A DNA stretch of 64,000 nt from the human T2T-CHM13v2.0 reference genome, Homo sapiens, in the NCBI RefSeq assembly GCF_009914755.1, contig NC_060946.1, one strand, 5' to 3'. Shown here piece by piece: positions 41,707-57,400 of the stretch (positions within the stretch are counted from its first letter, which is position 1; every line of letters starts with the position of its first letter). Below the pieces are notes generated by a model. That model did no database searches and was not told the DNA's origin. It saw nothing but the letters and a program-made list of their open reading frames with translations. A program made the translations under genes and the position numbers.

Positions 41707-42081
41707 TAGTCATGTGCCACATAACGACACTGTAGTCAGTGATGAACCGCATATACAACAGTGGTCCCACAAGATTGTAATGGAGCTGCCCTATACAGGT
41801 GTACCACTTCTTATCTTGTGGCCATATTTTTACTGTACCTTTTCTATGTTTAGATACACAAATACCAATGTGGTACCACTGCCTGCAGTATTCAGTAGTA
41901 CATAGCATGCTGCATAGGTTTGTAGCCTGGAAGTAACAGGCTGTATCATCTAGCCTAGGTGTGTAGTAGGCTAGACTATCCAGGTTTGTGTAAGTGCGCT
42001 CTGTGATGTTCACATAATGACGAAATTGGCTAATGATGCATTGCTCAGGACATAACCCAGTCATTAACTGATGCAATACTG
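41707..42081 (+). mobile_element. Tigger3a/MER7-like (TcMar-Tigger)
   Basis: Start agtcatgtgccacataacgac..ccgcatatacaacagtggtccc, end ..actg, with TA on both sides. Confidence 0.8.
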
Positions 42082-42839
42082 TATAACATTCGCCTTGACC
42101 TCATCATCCCATTTCTAAGAAGTTGTCTTAAGAAATAATCAGAGTTGAGATGTATCTACAAATTTAAGAAATGATGGTGGAATAATTGCTTAAATTATTC
42201 AGCAAATTATATAGTCTTTCCAAATTATGTTTCCAAAGAATTTTTAATAGGATGGGAAAATGTGCCTGTTATAGTATTAGTGAGAAAAAAGTCATTAAAA
42301 AACACATTTAATATGATCCCAATTTTATCAAGCAAAACTAGCAGGAAACACACCCCAATTTCATGGCGATTTTCTCTGGGTATTGGAATTACAAGAGGCT
42401 TTTATAATGTTAATTTTTATTTTTCTTGTTCTTTTTTATTTCTTTTTAATCTGAAAAGGAATAATTTAGCGAATATGGGTTGGATAAGCTTGAGAAATAA
42501 CTGATGATTTGAGTTACTCTCTTATCATTATATAGAAAAAGGGTATTATCCTCAACAGGTGTCATGTGGGGCATGTGGGTGAGTGGAAGGGGATGAGGGT
42601 CCTGGAGCAGGAGGAGAGTCTGTATCCTGCAGTGACAGCTGCCACTCAACTCTGCCGACCATCGCCATGTGGGGATCTGACGTAGACTGAGTGTTGTACA
42701 TCTTCTACATCTCCTTTTTTTTTTTTTTCAAGAAAAGTCAGAGATTTAGATTGCTATGGGGATTTACCACACTGATATGTGTGGGTCAAATAAACCACTC
42801 CATGCCTCCTGAATCCAGCTTCCCAAGTCACCCATTTGA

Positions 42840-43219
<380 letters not shown>

Positions 43220-43467
43220 AGCCGCTCCATTTGATTTTGATGTTATGAAATGCCTTATCCAGAGTCACACAACTAAATATCAGCAGAGCTGGAAGTGGAG
43301 CAAAGAGGAGTTGTTGCTTCTCAGACCAGAACTGACCATTGCAGTGCCATCACCTCTCCCCTCCTATAGCTTTCTCCATCTCAGAAAACTGGTGCCAGCA
43401 CTGCCCCAGGTGCCCAGGCTGAGTGTTCTCCTTGGTACTTATCAAACATGAATACCCAGTAGGTCTT

Positions 43468-43891
<424 letters not shown>

Positions 43892-46062
43892 TAGCTTCCT
43901 AACTACTCTCTGGTCCTGTCATTCTTCTGCTTAAAACTTTGGTTGGTTTCCAAAGAGTAGATAAGACCCTGCTCCACTCCCGCCTCCCTCTTGAGCTCAC
44001 CTTGTATCACTCTCCCCCTTACTATAGTCTTTCAAGTCCTCGAACCTGCTGTTTTCCTCCTCGCTTCAAGGACTTTGTCCATGCCTCCCAACCTGTCTGG
44101 CATTCTCTGTTCACATCTCTCCCTATTGTTAATTCCAAAGAATCCCTGTGGTCTCTGAATAGTGCTGGCCCATCCTAAGTGCCACGTAAGTGTCGGCTGT
44201 TGTGATTTTTACTGTTATCATCTCAGCCCAAATGTCACCATCCCAGGTCAGGTCATCCTGTGATTCCCCTTCACAGCAATCGGCACAGCCATAGTTCAGT
44301 CATCAACTACCCTTATTTGTTTCCCAGACACTGCTTCCTTGAGACTCCAGGGGACCTCCAGGACAAAGACTGAGTCAGTCTTGTTCAATTCTGTATATCC
44401 CCAGTGGATGTCAGACTATATTTGAAAGCACTCAATACGTTGAATGCTGCTGAGTAAACGCTTACGTCTATATACATGTATCAACTCTAATGTCCAGTGG
44501 TACCTTCGACCCCACTTCCATGTTGGGCATGTTCAGATGAGGAAACTGAAGGTCAGGGGGTCATAAGTGACTCCATGCGTCTGTGGCTCATGAGAACATA
44601 AACTCCCAATCCTGAGGCCTTAGCGTGGTGCTCTGGCCTGTGCTTCTGGTTCTACTGGCTGGGTGAACAGTTACTTCTGCTACTTCTCGTTCAAAATTGG
44701 TCAACATATATATTTTTCAGTGGCAGGAAGTCTTGCCCGAGGTGGGAATGTTACTGGGTTAATATCTGGGGGAAAGAGAAATATTTTTCCCTTTGTTAGC
44801 TGGCTCTGGGCAGCCTGAAAACTCTTGATCCTCTCTGTCTGCTGCTTGGGACATAATGACCTGCTTTCAATCCCTTTCAATTACAGGATTTCTGATAGGA
44901 ATTTGGAAAACAACCTAAATCCCAAAGCTTGGATGGTAGCCCATGCTTCATTCCACGTCTCTGTACCCAGTTTTTCAAAGAGATTTTTTTTTTTCACCTG
45001 CTCCTCAGGCAGAGCCTTGTCCTCCACCACTCCCATTCCTCCCAAATTCCCTGCCTGGGGGCTGTCCAGCCACGCTTCTTGATTTTCTCGCTGGATGGAA
45101 GCCTCCTTTTGCCTCCCATGCTGGGCTGTGTTTTTCGGTGCTGGTGGTTGTCCTGAAGCAGTCCTCAGCGGGTAAAATACTTGGGCTGGTGTCTAGGGAG
45201 AGGCAGCCGTAGGCAGGGGCCTGGGGGTGAGCAAAGCCAGGTTTGAATGCTTGCTCTTCCTTGTGTTAGCACTGGGGCCTTGGGCAACCGACCTAAGACC
45301 CCAAGCCTCAATTTCTTTAATTACAAAATGGGAATAATCATATGTATCTTTGGGATTTGTGGTGGAAACACACAGCACATAATAGGCAATCTAAAAAATC
45401 ATTTCTTTTCTCATCTAACTTTTGGTACAACTAGGGGTAGTGGGGGTAGCAGGTACATTGAAGACTACAGTGATGGCTTAGGGAAGGGAGCATCTCTGCG
45501 GAGATTGGGCAGCTGAAAAGTCTAGTCTAGGGCAGAGACTACAGCAGTCTATGCCCTCGCTGCATGTCAGAATGAGTGGAAAGTGAGGAGTGGAAAATGA
45601 ATGACTTCTGGACATTGGAGCCAGACAGACCTGGTTTGAATCCCAGTTTTGCCACCTAATGGCCGGGTGACTGTGGAGGATTCAACTGCTCTGAGCCTTC
45701 GTTGCTGCATCTGTAAAACAGGGACTCCCGTGTCACGGGGTACCATGAGAATTGGAGTAAGATACAGGAAGCCATTTATTCTGCCCAGTGACCTTTACTC
45801 TGTGATCTTCTCCTGCTCTAAAGGAATGGGGATACTCTGGCCCTGAGTTTGCTCCAGGGCGTCTCCTGGGGAGGCACAAATAGGAACTGGAATTCTTACC
45901 TGCTTTCTTTGTTTCCTAAATGACAAAAGTTACAGCAGCTTCTCTTTATTGGGCACCGAGTGTTCTTAGTGTTTTTTAATAGTGAGGAGACTAGAGCCCA
46001 GAGACCGTGGCTTGTCCAAGGTCACCAAGAGGGTCGAGGAGAGAGCTGGATTGTCTGGTCCT

Positions 46063-46729
<667 letters not shown>

Positions 46730-49327
46730 CTCACAAAGCACATACTCTTTCTCCACACCAACCTCCTCTCTGACTCTCTTCTCACCACTGTGAGCCTGGA
46801 TTCCTGAGGCTCGGATGGACCTGAGCCAGCTGTTATGGCCTTATTTGGATGGGGTCACTCTCATGGGAGCAGCAGTTTCATCCCCTTTCCCTGCGCTCAG
46901 GAGCTCCTTCCACATCTCAATGCCCCCAGTTTACTAACTGCACTGTCCCCAGCATGTCAGGCAGGCGATATCAGGAGGTGGTAGTGGTGGGAATTCTCCA
47001 CCTTCCCTGCATCCCTCCACCAGGTGGGAGCTGTGGCAGGAAGAAAGGCTGATCAGGTGCTCCCAGGAAGACAGGGAGGAAGAAGCTAAAGATGATCAAG
47101 GAAGGATACCAGGGGACAGTTCTGATTCTAGGGCAGAGACAAATTTACCTTCATTTCTTCTGCCCACATGGGAAGCGAGGGCTCATGAGCCTGCCCCCTG
47201 CAAATGGGAGAGAGAGGTCCATAAGCATCACACTCCAGAGGCAGAGGCTGGACTGGTAGGAAAGAGGAGGTGGCAGTGAATTTGAGCCCCACAGGATGGG
47301 GAGGCTGTGGGCTCAGGCTGCTGGGAAAGCCAAAATGTGATGAAGAGAGAGCTTGGGGTGACACATTTGTGGAATAAGCCCCTCCTTTAAAGCTTGGTTT
47401 CTCAGTCCATGCTTGCCTCCCTTTTTTCTCTCCTACAGAACGTCACTCCTCTTCATTCCCCTCCCACTCCTGCAGTCTCACAGAAACTGACCAGTGGCCT
47501 TGCTGGGCGCCCCGGTTCCTTCACCCATACCCTGGGCTCTGTGGAACATCAACACAGCTTGATTCAAAATCAGGAAGAAGACTACTGCCAGGACAGCGCT
47601 GTGCTTGTCATATTGGCCAACAGGATGCCACCCATGAAGACTGAGCAAGAGGCAGCTGGTCACCCTCTTGAGCTCCTGGTTAGTTGTAAGAGAGAACTTC
47701 CCTTAGCAGGTGGATCTGGGAAGGAGTAGCCAGGGACATGGGCTGCCTTTACTTTTCTGGGGAACTTTTAAAAACAAGCCATATATTTGTGTGTCTGGCA
47801 GGATTTAGGTAAGGTCTTGCCTAACAGAAGAGAAATAGATGTTTGCCTTCCCGGAAAGTATGGTTACTTCTACATCCACCCGCCCATAATCTCAGGGCAT
47901 TTCAGTGAATCAGATGAGGGTGAAGACTGGGATTGGGAGACTTTGCAGGGGGTACTCCAGATCAGAGGAGAATGAGAGCAAAGTAGTTATGGGGGAGAAA
48001 CGCTTGGCTAAGCTGCCTTCAGAATCTTGTGAGCCGGCTTAGTTCTGGGGGTGGTGGCGGGGAGAGAAAAAGCCAAGTATAAGTGAGGCATGGGGCAGAG
48101 AGAGAGGGGCAAACAGGAAGAAATGCAGCCACCTGCTAAGATACCCACCAATAAGGGCAGAGTCTAGAAGACACCTGTAGGCCCTCACCACATTCTCTGA
48201 AAACTGTCTGTCACCTCCATCCATGGAATGAGCTCCTGGGGTGAAAGTTTATTTTCCCTGGTAGGAAATACACTGGTAGCAGGTGGGACCAGGGTTGGAC
48301 CCTGGAGTCATGCAGGCCAATCAGATCACCTCTCTTGAAGATTTGCAACAAAAACAAGAAAACAACTGGGGTAATTGGTAGCCTTGCAGGAAAAAGTGAT
48401 GTTACTCTAGAGCTGCTGTGGTCATTGTTTTTTTTTTGTTTGCTTTTGTTTGTCATTGATACAAAAAAGAAAAGACAAAAAGACAAAAAAAAAAAAAAAA
48501 AAAAGAGGATGGTCTGCAAAGAGAGAAGAGAGTGAAGCAGACACACAGCTCAAAGAATCTTAATGCAACACATGAGCTAGTAGGTCCTTCAGTTTAGAAA
48601 CTGCTGCAAACAACCACTGCCTGGTCCTGAGGATCTGAGACTCAGAGCAGCCTGGGAGGTGGGGAAGCCCTGGGAAGCCACCTCTGCATCCCCATCAGCC
48701 TGCTGGAGCTCAGAGGATGGCCAGCCTTTGGTCCTCTACCCAGAAATGACCTTTGCTTTATTCTGCATCATTTCTGACTCCAGCACAGCGTGTTTATTAG
48801 CATGCATTCAGGCCCTGGGACGAGCAGACTAAGCCTCCGACGCAGGCCACCAACACGCTCACTGTGGGCTCCAACCACCCTGGAGGCCTTGTCATTTGTG
48901 AAAGACCCATGTGCTTTTCTGTCTCCGCTGCTTCTGCTTTGTCTGCTTGATCTGAACCTCAAAAAATGACAGCCATTCTTTAAAGTTCAGCTCATGTGTC
49001 ACTCGCTCTTCTGAAGCCTTTTCTAGCTTCCTCAGGCATAATTAGTCATAATTAGTTCCTCTCTCCCATCACTTCCCAAAGCCCTGTCTTTGTAGAGTCT
49101 GCCATTATGGCATTTTTCATATTATATTATACACACTTGATATTTAAATTACATTTCAAAATACAGGTGTACTACATGTTTTCGGCATAAAGTGAAGAAC
49201 AGAATCCCTCTCCTCCTCAAATCTTTCCAGCACCATTTCCCAAAGCTAATCACAATTAGCAATATATTTGGAGGGCTCCCAGAAATTTCTATGTATAAAT
49301 AAGCATACATAAGGACGGCTGGATGTG

Positions 49328-49866
49328 CAGTAGCCCCCTTATCTGAGGGGGATACATTTCAAGACCACCAGTGGACTCCTGAAACCTCAGATAGTACTGA
49401 ACCCTATATATATATATACTATGTTTTTCCAATTACATACATACATATGATGAAGTTTAATTTATAAATTAGGCACAGTAAGAGATTAACAGCAAGAACT
49501 AATAATAAAATAGAACGATTATAATAATATGTCAGTATCACTACCCTTGTGCTGTGCGGCCATGATGAAGTAAAATCAAGCCCCGTGACACCACCACTGT
49601 CGATCTGATAACAGATGGCTGCTAAGTGACTCACAGGCAGGTAGTGTAGAGAGCGTGGGTACAGTGGACAAAGCATGATGCATGTTTTTGGGAGAACAGA
49701 GCTGGACAGGACGAGATTTCGTCGTGCTACTCAGAACAATGTGCAACTGAAAATTTATGAATTGTTTATTTCTAGAATTTTTCATTTAATGTTTTTGAAC
49801 TGAGATTGAGCTCTGGTAACTAAAAACTGGGAAAAGTAAAACCGTAGATAAGGGGAATTACCCTGT
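49328..49866 (+). mobile_element. MER44-like (Tigger7 derivative)
   Basis: Termini cagtagcccccttatc and gataaggggaattaccctg(ta), with a typical body. Confidence 0.82.
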
Positions 49867-49921
49867 ATAGGTAGTTGTTTGGCCTAAATCGGGTAATATA
49901 ATATTATTTTTCTGTAGCTTG

Positions 49922-50211
49922 TTTTTTTTTTTTTTTTTTTTTTTGAGACTTGCTCTGTCACCCAGGCAGGAGTGCAGTGGCGCAATCTTGGCTCACTGCA
50001 ATTCCAGCCTCCCGGGTTCAAATGATTCTCCTGCCTCAGCCACCTGAGTAGCTGGAATTACAGGTGTGAGCCACCATGCCCAGCTAATTTTTGTATTTTT
50101 AGTAGAGACGGCATCTCACCGTGATGGCCAGGCTGGTCTCGAACTCCTGACCTCAAGTAATCCAGCCTCCCAAAGTGCTGGGATTACAGGCATGAGCCAC
50201 TGTGCCCGGCC
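49922..50211 (-). mobile_element. AluS
   Basis: Antisense Alu with small deletions, flanked by tgta(g/a)ctt. Confidence 0.92.
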
Positions 50212-50239
50212 TGTAACTTATACTTTTATTGAACATCTT

Positions 50240-51900
50240 TATTTTTGTAGAAATGTACATTCTGTTTCCATTAATGTTCTGTTGGATATATTTGGTTGAA
50301 ATCTGTCATCTTATTTTATTCTCTTTTTTAAAATGAAATGTTTGTTTTCTACTTTTTGTTATATTTTTGAAGTTTCTGTTTTTTCCTTTGTTTTGTTTGT
50401 GAGCTATTTATTTATTTATTTATTTATTTTTAATGTTTTTTCTCTTTCTAATGATTTGGAAGGTTTATAGTCTGGTTTTCATTCTTGAACTGGTTACCAT
50501 TATGCTTTAAATAGCATACTGAAACACCTATTTCTTGATTTACCAATTTTATTCTACATCCACAGACTCTCGACTATGAAAGATGTAGAAACTCGGGCAA
50601 GCATACCTTTCCCCATATCCCTTCCCCTGCCACATATAAGCCATTTCTTTTTATTCTCTAGTGGTTTAGGATATTTACCTTCTGTTCTCTAACCAGGAGC
50701 CCCTCAGCTGTTTAGCCTTAGTTTGGTATTTAAATGGATACAATGTTTACCATCAATGAATGCTTACTTTCTACAGCTTTTCTATTCCTAAATTGATAAT
50801 ATTGATACAGTTGATCCTGGAACAACACAGGGTTGAACTGTGTTCGTCCACTCATATGTGGATTTTTTCCAATAAAGATAGTTGGCCCTCCATGTCCCTT
50901 AGTTCTGCCTCCACAGCTGAAGGCAGTTGAAAAATATGGTATTCTCAGGATATGAAATCGTGTACAGGCAGGACCAACTTTTTGTATCCACGGGTTTCAA
51001 GGGGCCAACTGTAGGTGCTAAAGTATGCATGGATTTTGGTATGTGTGGGGATCCTAGAACCAATCCTCTATGGATACTGAGAAATGACTATATATTTTTG
51101 GGGGGACTAGATTTCATTATCAAGTTGTCCACCTCCTCTATTGAACTTATGAGTTCCATGCGCTATTTTCTCTGAGTCTGTGCTGGTGAATGTCTTTCAG
51201 CTACTTTATACATGAAAGTCAACCAGACTGGCTTTTAAATTTGAAATGTGTTTGTTACAATAGCTTCAGAATTTTGTACCTGTTCCTTTTGGCACTAAAG
51301 GATAAAGAGAAGTTGGAGGCCAGCTTTATTTTTCCTTCAGAATTTTGACTGAACATTCTCCGTCAAAGTTCTATGGTATATTAAGACCACTTTTAATTCT
51401 GTAGAGGCATTTCTTTAGTTCAGAAAAGTTTTCTTTTATAATATCTTTGAATATGTTTCTGTCTTATTGCTCTGTTCCTTTCTTTAGGAATGTCCAGCAT
51501 GCATATTCATATTTCCTAAGTATTTTTCATTATTTTATTTCATTGTTTTTATTATTTCTCCTTTTCTTTCATTAAAAAACTCTTACTATGTTACTGACTC
51601 TATTATCAACTGAATAAATCCCACATTCTGCTGATGCTAATTTTCTCCTCTGTAATGGCTTTCATTATCATTTTCATTTTTTCATCCCATGTTAGATCTT
51701 GTCTGCTTGTTTGTAGTTTTACTTTGGAAACGTCTTGTTGTGTTCTGTTATTTTCTCAGGGATGGAGTCAAGCTGGGGCTACCAGCAGATTCCATTTGAG
51801 TTTGGTGTCTCAGAATTTATCAGATATGCTCTTCCCTGGGGACACATTTCCCCCAGGTTTTGAAGCATTCCCATGAGTATGAGGTCAGTGTGGGTCACCA
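50240..51900 (-). mobile_element. Old L1M fragments (T-rich)
   Basis: T-rich degenerate sequence with L1-like motifs (gaaaagttttcttttataatatctttgaatat). Confidence 0.5.
50808..51090 (-). mobile_element. MER2B-like (TcMar-Tigger)
   Basis: cagttgatcctggaacaacacagggttgaactg .. gggatcctagaaccaatcctctatggatactgag, TA-flanked. Confidence 0.75.
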
Positions 51901-52309
51901 GAAAGCCCCACAGATTCATGGGTCCTCTGACTGGCCATTTAATGTTTATGCATCTCTTCTGCTGACAAGCTGCAAGGCTGACTGCTGCTCCCTTTCTCTT
52001 CCACCTCACCTCTAAGACATTTAAGCAATGGAGGTCAGGGTTTGTACTACTGGCTATCCACATAGTGCCTTCCTATCCACAGCCCTGTCTCCCTTGCCCT
52101 TTGCCTTATAGAAATGAGTCACTACAGGGAACTTTACTCTTCTATGACTCACCTACCTCTCTTTTCCTTTTTTTTTCTCCAATAAATGATTATTTATTCA
52201 GCCTTTAGGGATCTTTTATCTTACTTTCAAGAAAATCTGGTAACATATAGGACTCCTCTTTTTGTCTTCCTCTGATGAAACCCAAACTTCACTGAATGTG
52301 GCAGATATG

Positions 52310-52765
52310 GGTTTTAGCCTGTTTTCTTTAGAGTAATATTAGCTTCTGTAACAACTGAACACACCTCCAAATTGCAATGGTTTAACATGTTATATATTCA
52401 TTTCTCACTAGTGTAAGGGTCCAGTGCTGATGTTCCTGGTCAGCAGGTAGATGCCATATGGTGAGTCAGAGGACTGGGCTCCTTCTCTTTTGAGGGGTCT
52501 TGGAGTACCCTGAATTCTACTAGGGGAAGGGCAAAGAGAGAGAGTAGAGAAGGTGTTCCCATCTCTTGACCATGCTGGCCCAGAAGTGACATAGATCACA
52601 TCTGTTCACATTCCAGCTTTGAGAACTCATCACATGGCTCAACTAAATGCAAAGGAGTGGCTGAGAAATGTGGTCCCTGCCTGGGCAATTGTTCCTTACC
52701 CACTCCTCTCTATTATGGAAAGACAGGAATGAACTGTGGTGAGCAGTTAATCATCTTAGCCCATA
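52310..52765 (-). mobile_element. MLT1J-like LTR
   Basis: ggcccagaagtgaca..catctgttcacattcca..cacatggc..tgcaaagg..ggctgagaaatgtgg. Confidence 0.7.
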
Positions 52766-53884
52766 GCCATTTTCTAGTTGTATTGAAGATGGAATTTTCT
52801 GTTATATTTTCATTCTTTTTGTTGCTTTCAGTGGGTTTCAGAGAAGGGAGTACAGTAAACATCTTTTAACTTGTTTACAAGTATGTCTTTTCCACCCATC
52901 TGTGATCTCCTCTAAATGGGGACCATGACTTAACTTGTTTTCTATTTTCCAGCACCCAGCATGATGGCTGACACAGAGCAGATGCTTAATAAATGTTTCT
53001 TGGATGAAAAAATGAATGCATTCCTGTCCTGAGTGGGTGAAAACGGCTCTTCCCACCTTCCTTATTCTCAACTTACTCTTCCTATCCCCTCTCTCTCCTC
53101 TCTGTAGGAGAAAGGAGGAATTGTCAGGATGGCTCCATTCTTTTTTCTCTGTTTCCCCTTCTTATCATGGTTTGGCTCAAGGCTTGTGTCTCCTGTCTCC
53201 AGCATTGATTTACCTCTCCCCAGAATGAAATTTCATTCTAGCTTTGCCTGTGGTGCAGCCTGCTTCCTGCTGCCCAACCGTTTAACAATGTCCTCCTTGC
53301 AGCTTGGGGAAAGACACTGGGGAAAGAAAAATCTCTCTCTGTCCACAGAACCATAACTCACTGGTAAGGTAGCCAGCTGCCCTATCACTCCAGCTGGTGT
53401 TAAAAGTCATGGACATTAAGTGGGACTAGGATGTGGATCGAACATGTATGAAGGAGCCTGCCCAAGAGGAGACCCTCTCCTGCTTTAAATGCCCTGATCT
53501 AAGTGGGCCACTCTATTAAAATCCACCTACAGTGGCAAGTTACTTTTCTAAAATAGAGAGTCCTCAGGAGGAAACATCAACAGAAATGGAGTAGAATGAA
53601 GGAGCTCAGAGCATGATCACTGGAATCCAACAGACTTGTGTTTAAATCCTGCTCTGCCATTTACTGGCTGTATGACTTTGGACACATTATGTAAGCAATT
53701 TGAGCTTCAGTTTCTTCATTCATAACACTGAGATAATTATATCTATCCTGTTGGGTTGTTATGAGGATGAACTGAGTTCAATTCTAGGCATGTAAGAGGC
53801 ATTCCATATTTTTTGAATGAATAAATGCCAAATGTACATAATGTAATGCCTGGCACGTTGATAAGCAATCCATATAAGATGGTT

Positions 53885-54484
53885 GTATCAGTAATGATAG
53901 GCTAGGTTGGCTAGGTTTACAAAAGTACCAAATTCCCCAAATCCCATGTCTTAAAACAAAGAAAGTCTATTCTTGATGATGCAATATGTTCACTGAGGGT
54001 CAGCTGGGGACTCTGCTTCAAGTCATCCTGAGGCTGATAGAACAGCCACCACCTGGAATGCTATCAGTCACTGTGCATTCACATTCACAGGCAACGTATA
54101 TTTTTCTAGTTCTTGATTCCGAGTCTGGTCACTTGACTGACTCTGGCCAGTGGGATTTGAAGCAAATACAGACTTGAACAAGCACTCACACATTTCTGCT
54201 TGAACTTTGATACTCTGCCATCAGCATGAGAGCATGCCTGAGCTAGCCTGCTGGAGCAAGAGAGATGCACGGAGCAGAGCTGAGATGCCCAGTCCCCCGG
54301 GCCATTCTAAGTTAGTTGACATCTAGGTGGCCCCCAGCTACGTGAACAAGACCAGGCAAGATCAGAAGAGTCAACCCTAGCTGACCCCAGATTCATGAGC
54401 AATAAACACTTATTGTTTGTTGTATGTAGAGGTTTGGGGGTTGTTGGTTAAACACTATTATTGTGGCAATAGATAACTGATACA
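53885..54484. mobile_element. Two abutting MLT1 LTR fragments (antisense ~53885-54070, sense MLT1H-like ~54075-54484)
   Basis: The sense piece ends gcaataaacacttattg..ttgtggcaatagataactgataca. Confidence 0.65.
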
Positions 54485-57400
54485 CCCTGCCTTGGCTTCA
54501 AGTTCTGAAGTATATAGAACTCTGCACCTCTTCACATTCCTCAGAAAAAATTCACACAGTAGATTCTACTGACAACTTCAAGGTGGGGTCTGAAGGGGTT
54601 TGACATCACATATCTGCATGAATCTCTATTGATCATGGTTTTTCTCCCCCGTTTCTTTGGCTGAGATGCTAACCAGAGCTTCTCTATCACTCTTACCTTA
54701 TCAGAATTGTGTACAAAGTTCTGCCAACTTATATCCACTCTATTCTCTACCTGTTCATCTCCCATAAAATCTCTTACCGTTTCTTTCACAGAACAATTCA
54801 TCCTTGCCCCAGATGTGGAAGCCCCACATTCCAAACCCAAAAATGTGGCAAAGTGTTTTTTTTGCTGTTGTTGTTGTTTGAAGGACCTACCTCCTTAAAA
54901 GCTAGTGTTTTATAAATAATAACTCTTGTTTGTTTTTCTTCATCATTAGAAAGTCTGTAAAGGGCAATGATGGTGGATTATTAGTTCTGTTATCCTTAGT
55001 ACCTAGCAAAGCTCCAGAATCATTTTAGGTAGTTAGTAAATGCAATTGGAAATACACATTGTTATTGAAAGAATTTTAGAGCATCTATATACCCTTAATA
55101 TCACTCTTTGGTGATTAACTGAGAGCTAACTGTAGGAAGTAAATACTATTTATCTTCTCTGTACTTGAAGAAGATATGGGACATTAATTTCTGCAAGTAC
55201 TCAGTGGCATGAGATGGAGGAGGGTAGATAATGTGTTCCAGGATGGGGGGGTGACACATCATCTTCATTTTATCTACCCAAGGTTGTGAGGCCCCAGTAG
55301 GTCATCCGTGTCCAAAGTTAGAAAGCCAATAAGAGATTGACCGGAGACAAACATCTGGACTTACTCTCCACTGAACCAGACATTCAGCCTTGGCGCTAGA
55401 CGCTCTGAAACTTGGCCGGGCTTCCCACAGAGCTTGGCCCAGGGTCTCCAGTGGCTCCATTGAGCTTGGCGGAGCACATTGACAGAGTTGGCCCAGAAAG
55501 ACTCCAGGACAACACCCAAACTCCACAGTGCCCCCACCATGGAGTACTTGTTTTGGGGGGCTTTACGTGATGGAGGGCAGGGTGTGGACAGCCCCTGGCA
55601 TGTAGGCTGAAGTTGGTTCTGACAACCCAGACCTCCACATGGGCCGTTGGGCTCCCCTGAACCCTGCTGGGCTCAGTTCAGGAGAAATGCTCTTGCCAAT
55701 GGGCAGGGAGGCTTAGCATTCCACCCCTGCTCTTTTAATCCCCTCTGTGCAGGAATGTTCCACTGCAGAGACAGCAGAGCTTGCAGAGACAGGAGGTGGT
55801 GCCAAAAGGGAGAGAGTGGTGGAGAAACAGTTTTGATGAGATTTAGGGTGGTGTGTGTGCAGGGATGGGGGTAGGTGCTGAGTTAGGCTCTACCATGGAC
55901 TCGCTGTGTGACCTTGACCAAGTCACATTGCCTCTCGGGGCCCAATTTGTTTACCTTCAAAAGATGAGGATAGACAAAAAAGATACAAGATTCATTTCTG
56001 GATAAAGCTGTAAAATTCTAAAAGCTGTTTTACTTGTGAAGTCCAAAGTAAGATTCTGTTTTTCATCTACAGGGCCTCTCCTCTAGAGAGATTTGTATAC
56101 AAGTGCATTTGTAGGAAACAGGGTGTCTGTCTTAATGGGAATATCAGAGTCTACCTCTCATCTCAGTTCTAGAATTTTAAGCACCTTGAGGCAAGGTCTA
56201 TGACTCATACCGCCCAGGACATAGAATTCCTCTGAATGTAATAAATAGAAGAGCACTTTGAGGTCATCGAATCCAATCTTCTTAGTTTTAGATGGGGGAT
56301 AATGGGACCAGAGAAGGGAAGTTGTTCTCTCAATATTATACAATGAATCTCAGGCCCGGAACTCAGGTTCTCTGCTCCTAGAACAAAGCTTGTTCCAACA
56401 ATCGAAAATTTCTGCCTGAAATTTTGTATACGGTCTCTGAATTCCAAGGCTTTCAGATGCTTCCTCTTTTTAAAATAGGCTTGACTCCTCCCTCCTTTGG
56501 GCAACTTTCAGGTTAACTCAGGGATTGACTATGGAGACTATAAGAGTCTTAAGCTCATGTGAAGTCTGTGAAATTCCACAGGCTTAAAGTATCCCTTGGG
56601 AATCTGAGAGATTTTGCCCAAGTAGCCCAAGCCTTGGACAGCAGCCTCCCTGGAAGGGATGTGGCTCCTGCATTATCTGGTCCCAACTCCAGCTCCAGGA
56701 TAGGATCTCTGAGCTGACATAATACGGCCCTATTGTAAACAAGGGAGGGTCATGACCCTCCACAAATGACTAACATGCTAATTTGAAAAGTCTGCCTGGA
56801 CTAGAAAAACAAACAAGAACAATGAAATTTAAGGCAACATTTTAGACAACCAGGAGGCAAGGGGAAACTCAGAAACATGAAAAAAGGAGTCCCCAACAGC
56901 TATTGTCCCTTTCATAAACACTCACTAAGCACCGGTCACGTGCCAACCAATGCATCAGCCAACACAAGAGGAAAACACATCAAGCCAGCCCTCTAAGACC
57001 TCACAATTCTAGGGGATTAGACAAGCACTCATATGGCCAGTGCTTCTAGGCTGTAAATGAAAAATAGCTTTAAACACCATGTAATAGGAAGCAGCCTCAG
57101 CCCAGATTTCTGTATTGAACTTCAGACCAGCAGCCTGCCTAACATCAACCACTTGGATGTCTCATAGGTAACGCATCTTCAAAACAGATCTCATGGTTTT
57201 TCACCCCAAATTTCCACTGTTCTGTTAGAATAAGTGACACCATCATTTACTCAGTTGCTCATTCCAGAAATGGGAATCATCCTCGATAACTACTTCTCCC
57301 TCGTTAACTCCTCATATTCATTCAATCAATCCCTAAGTCCTATAAATTCTAAACATATTTTAAATATGCCCCATCTTAACTGCTGCTTCCCTGAAAGCAA

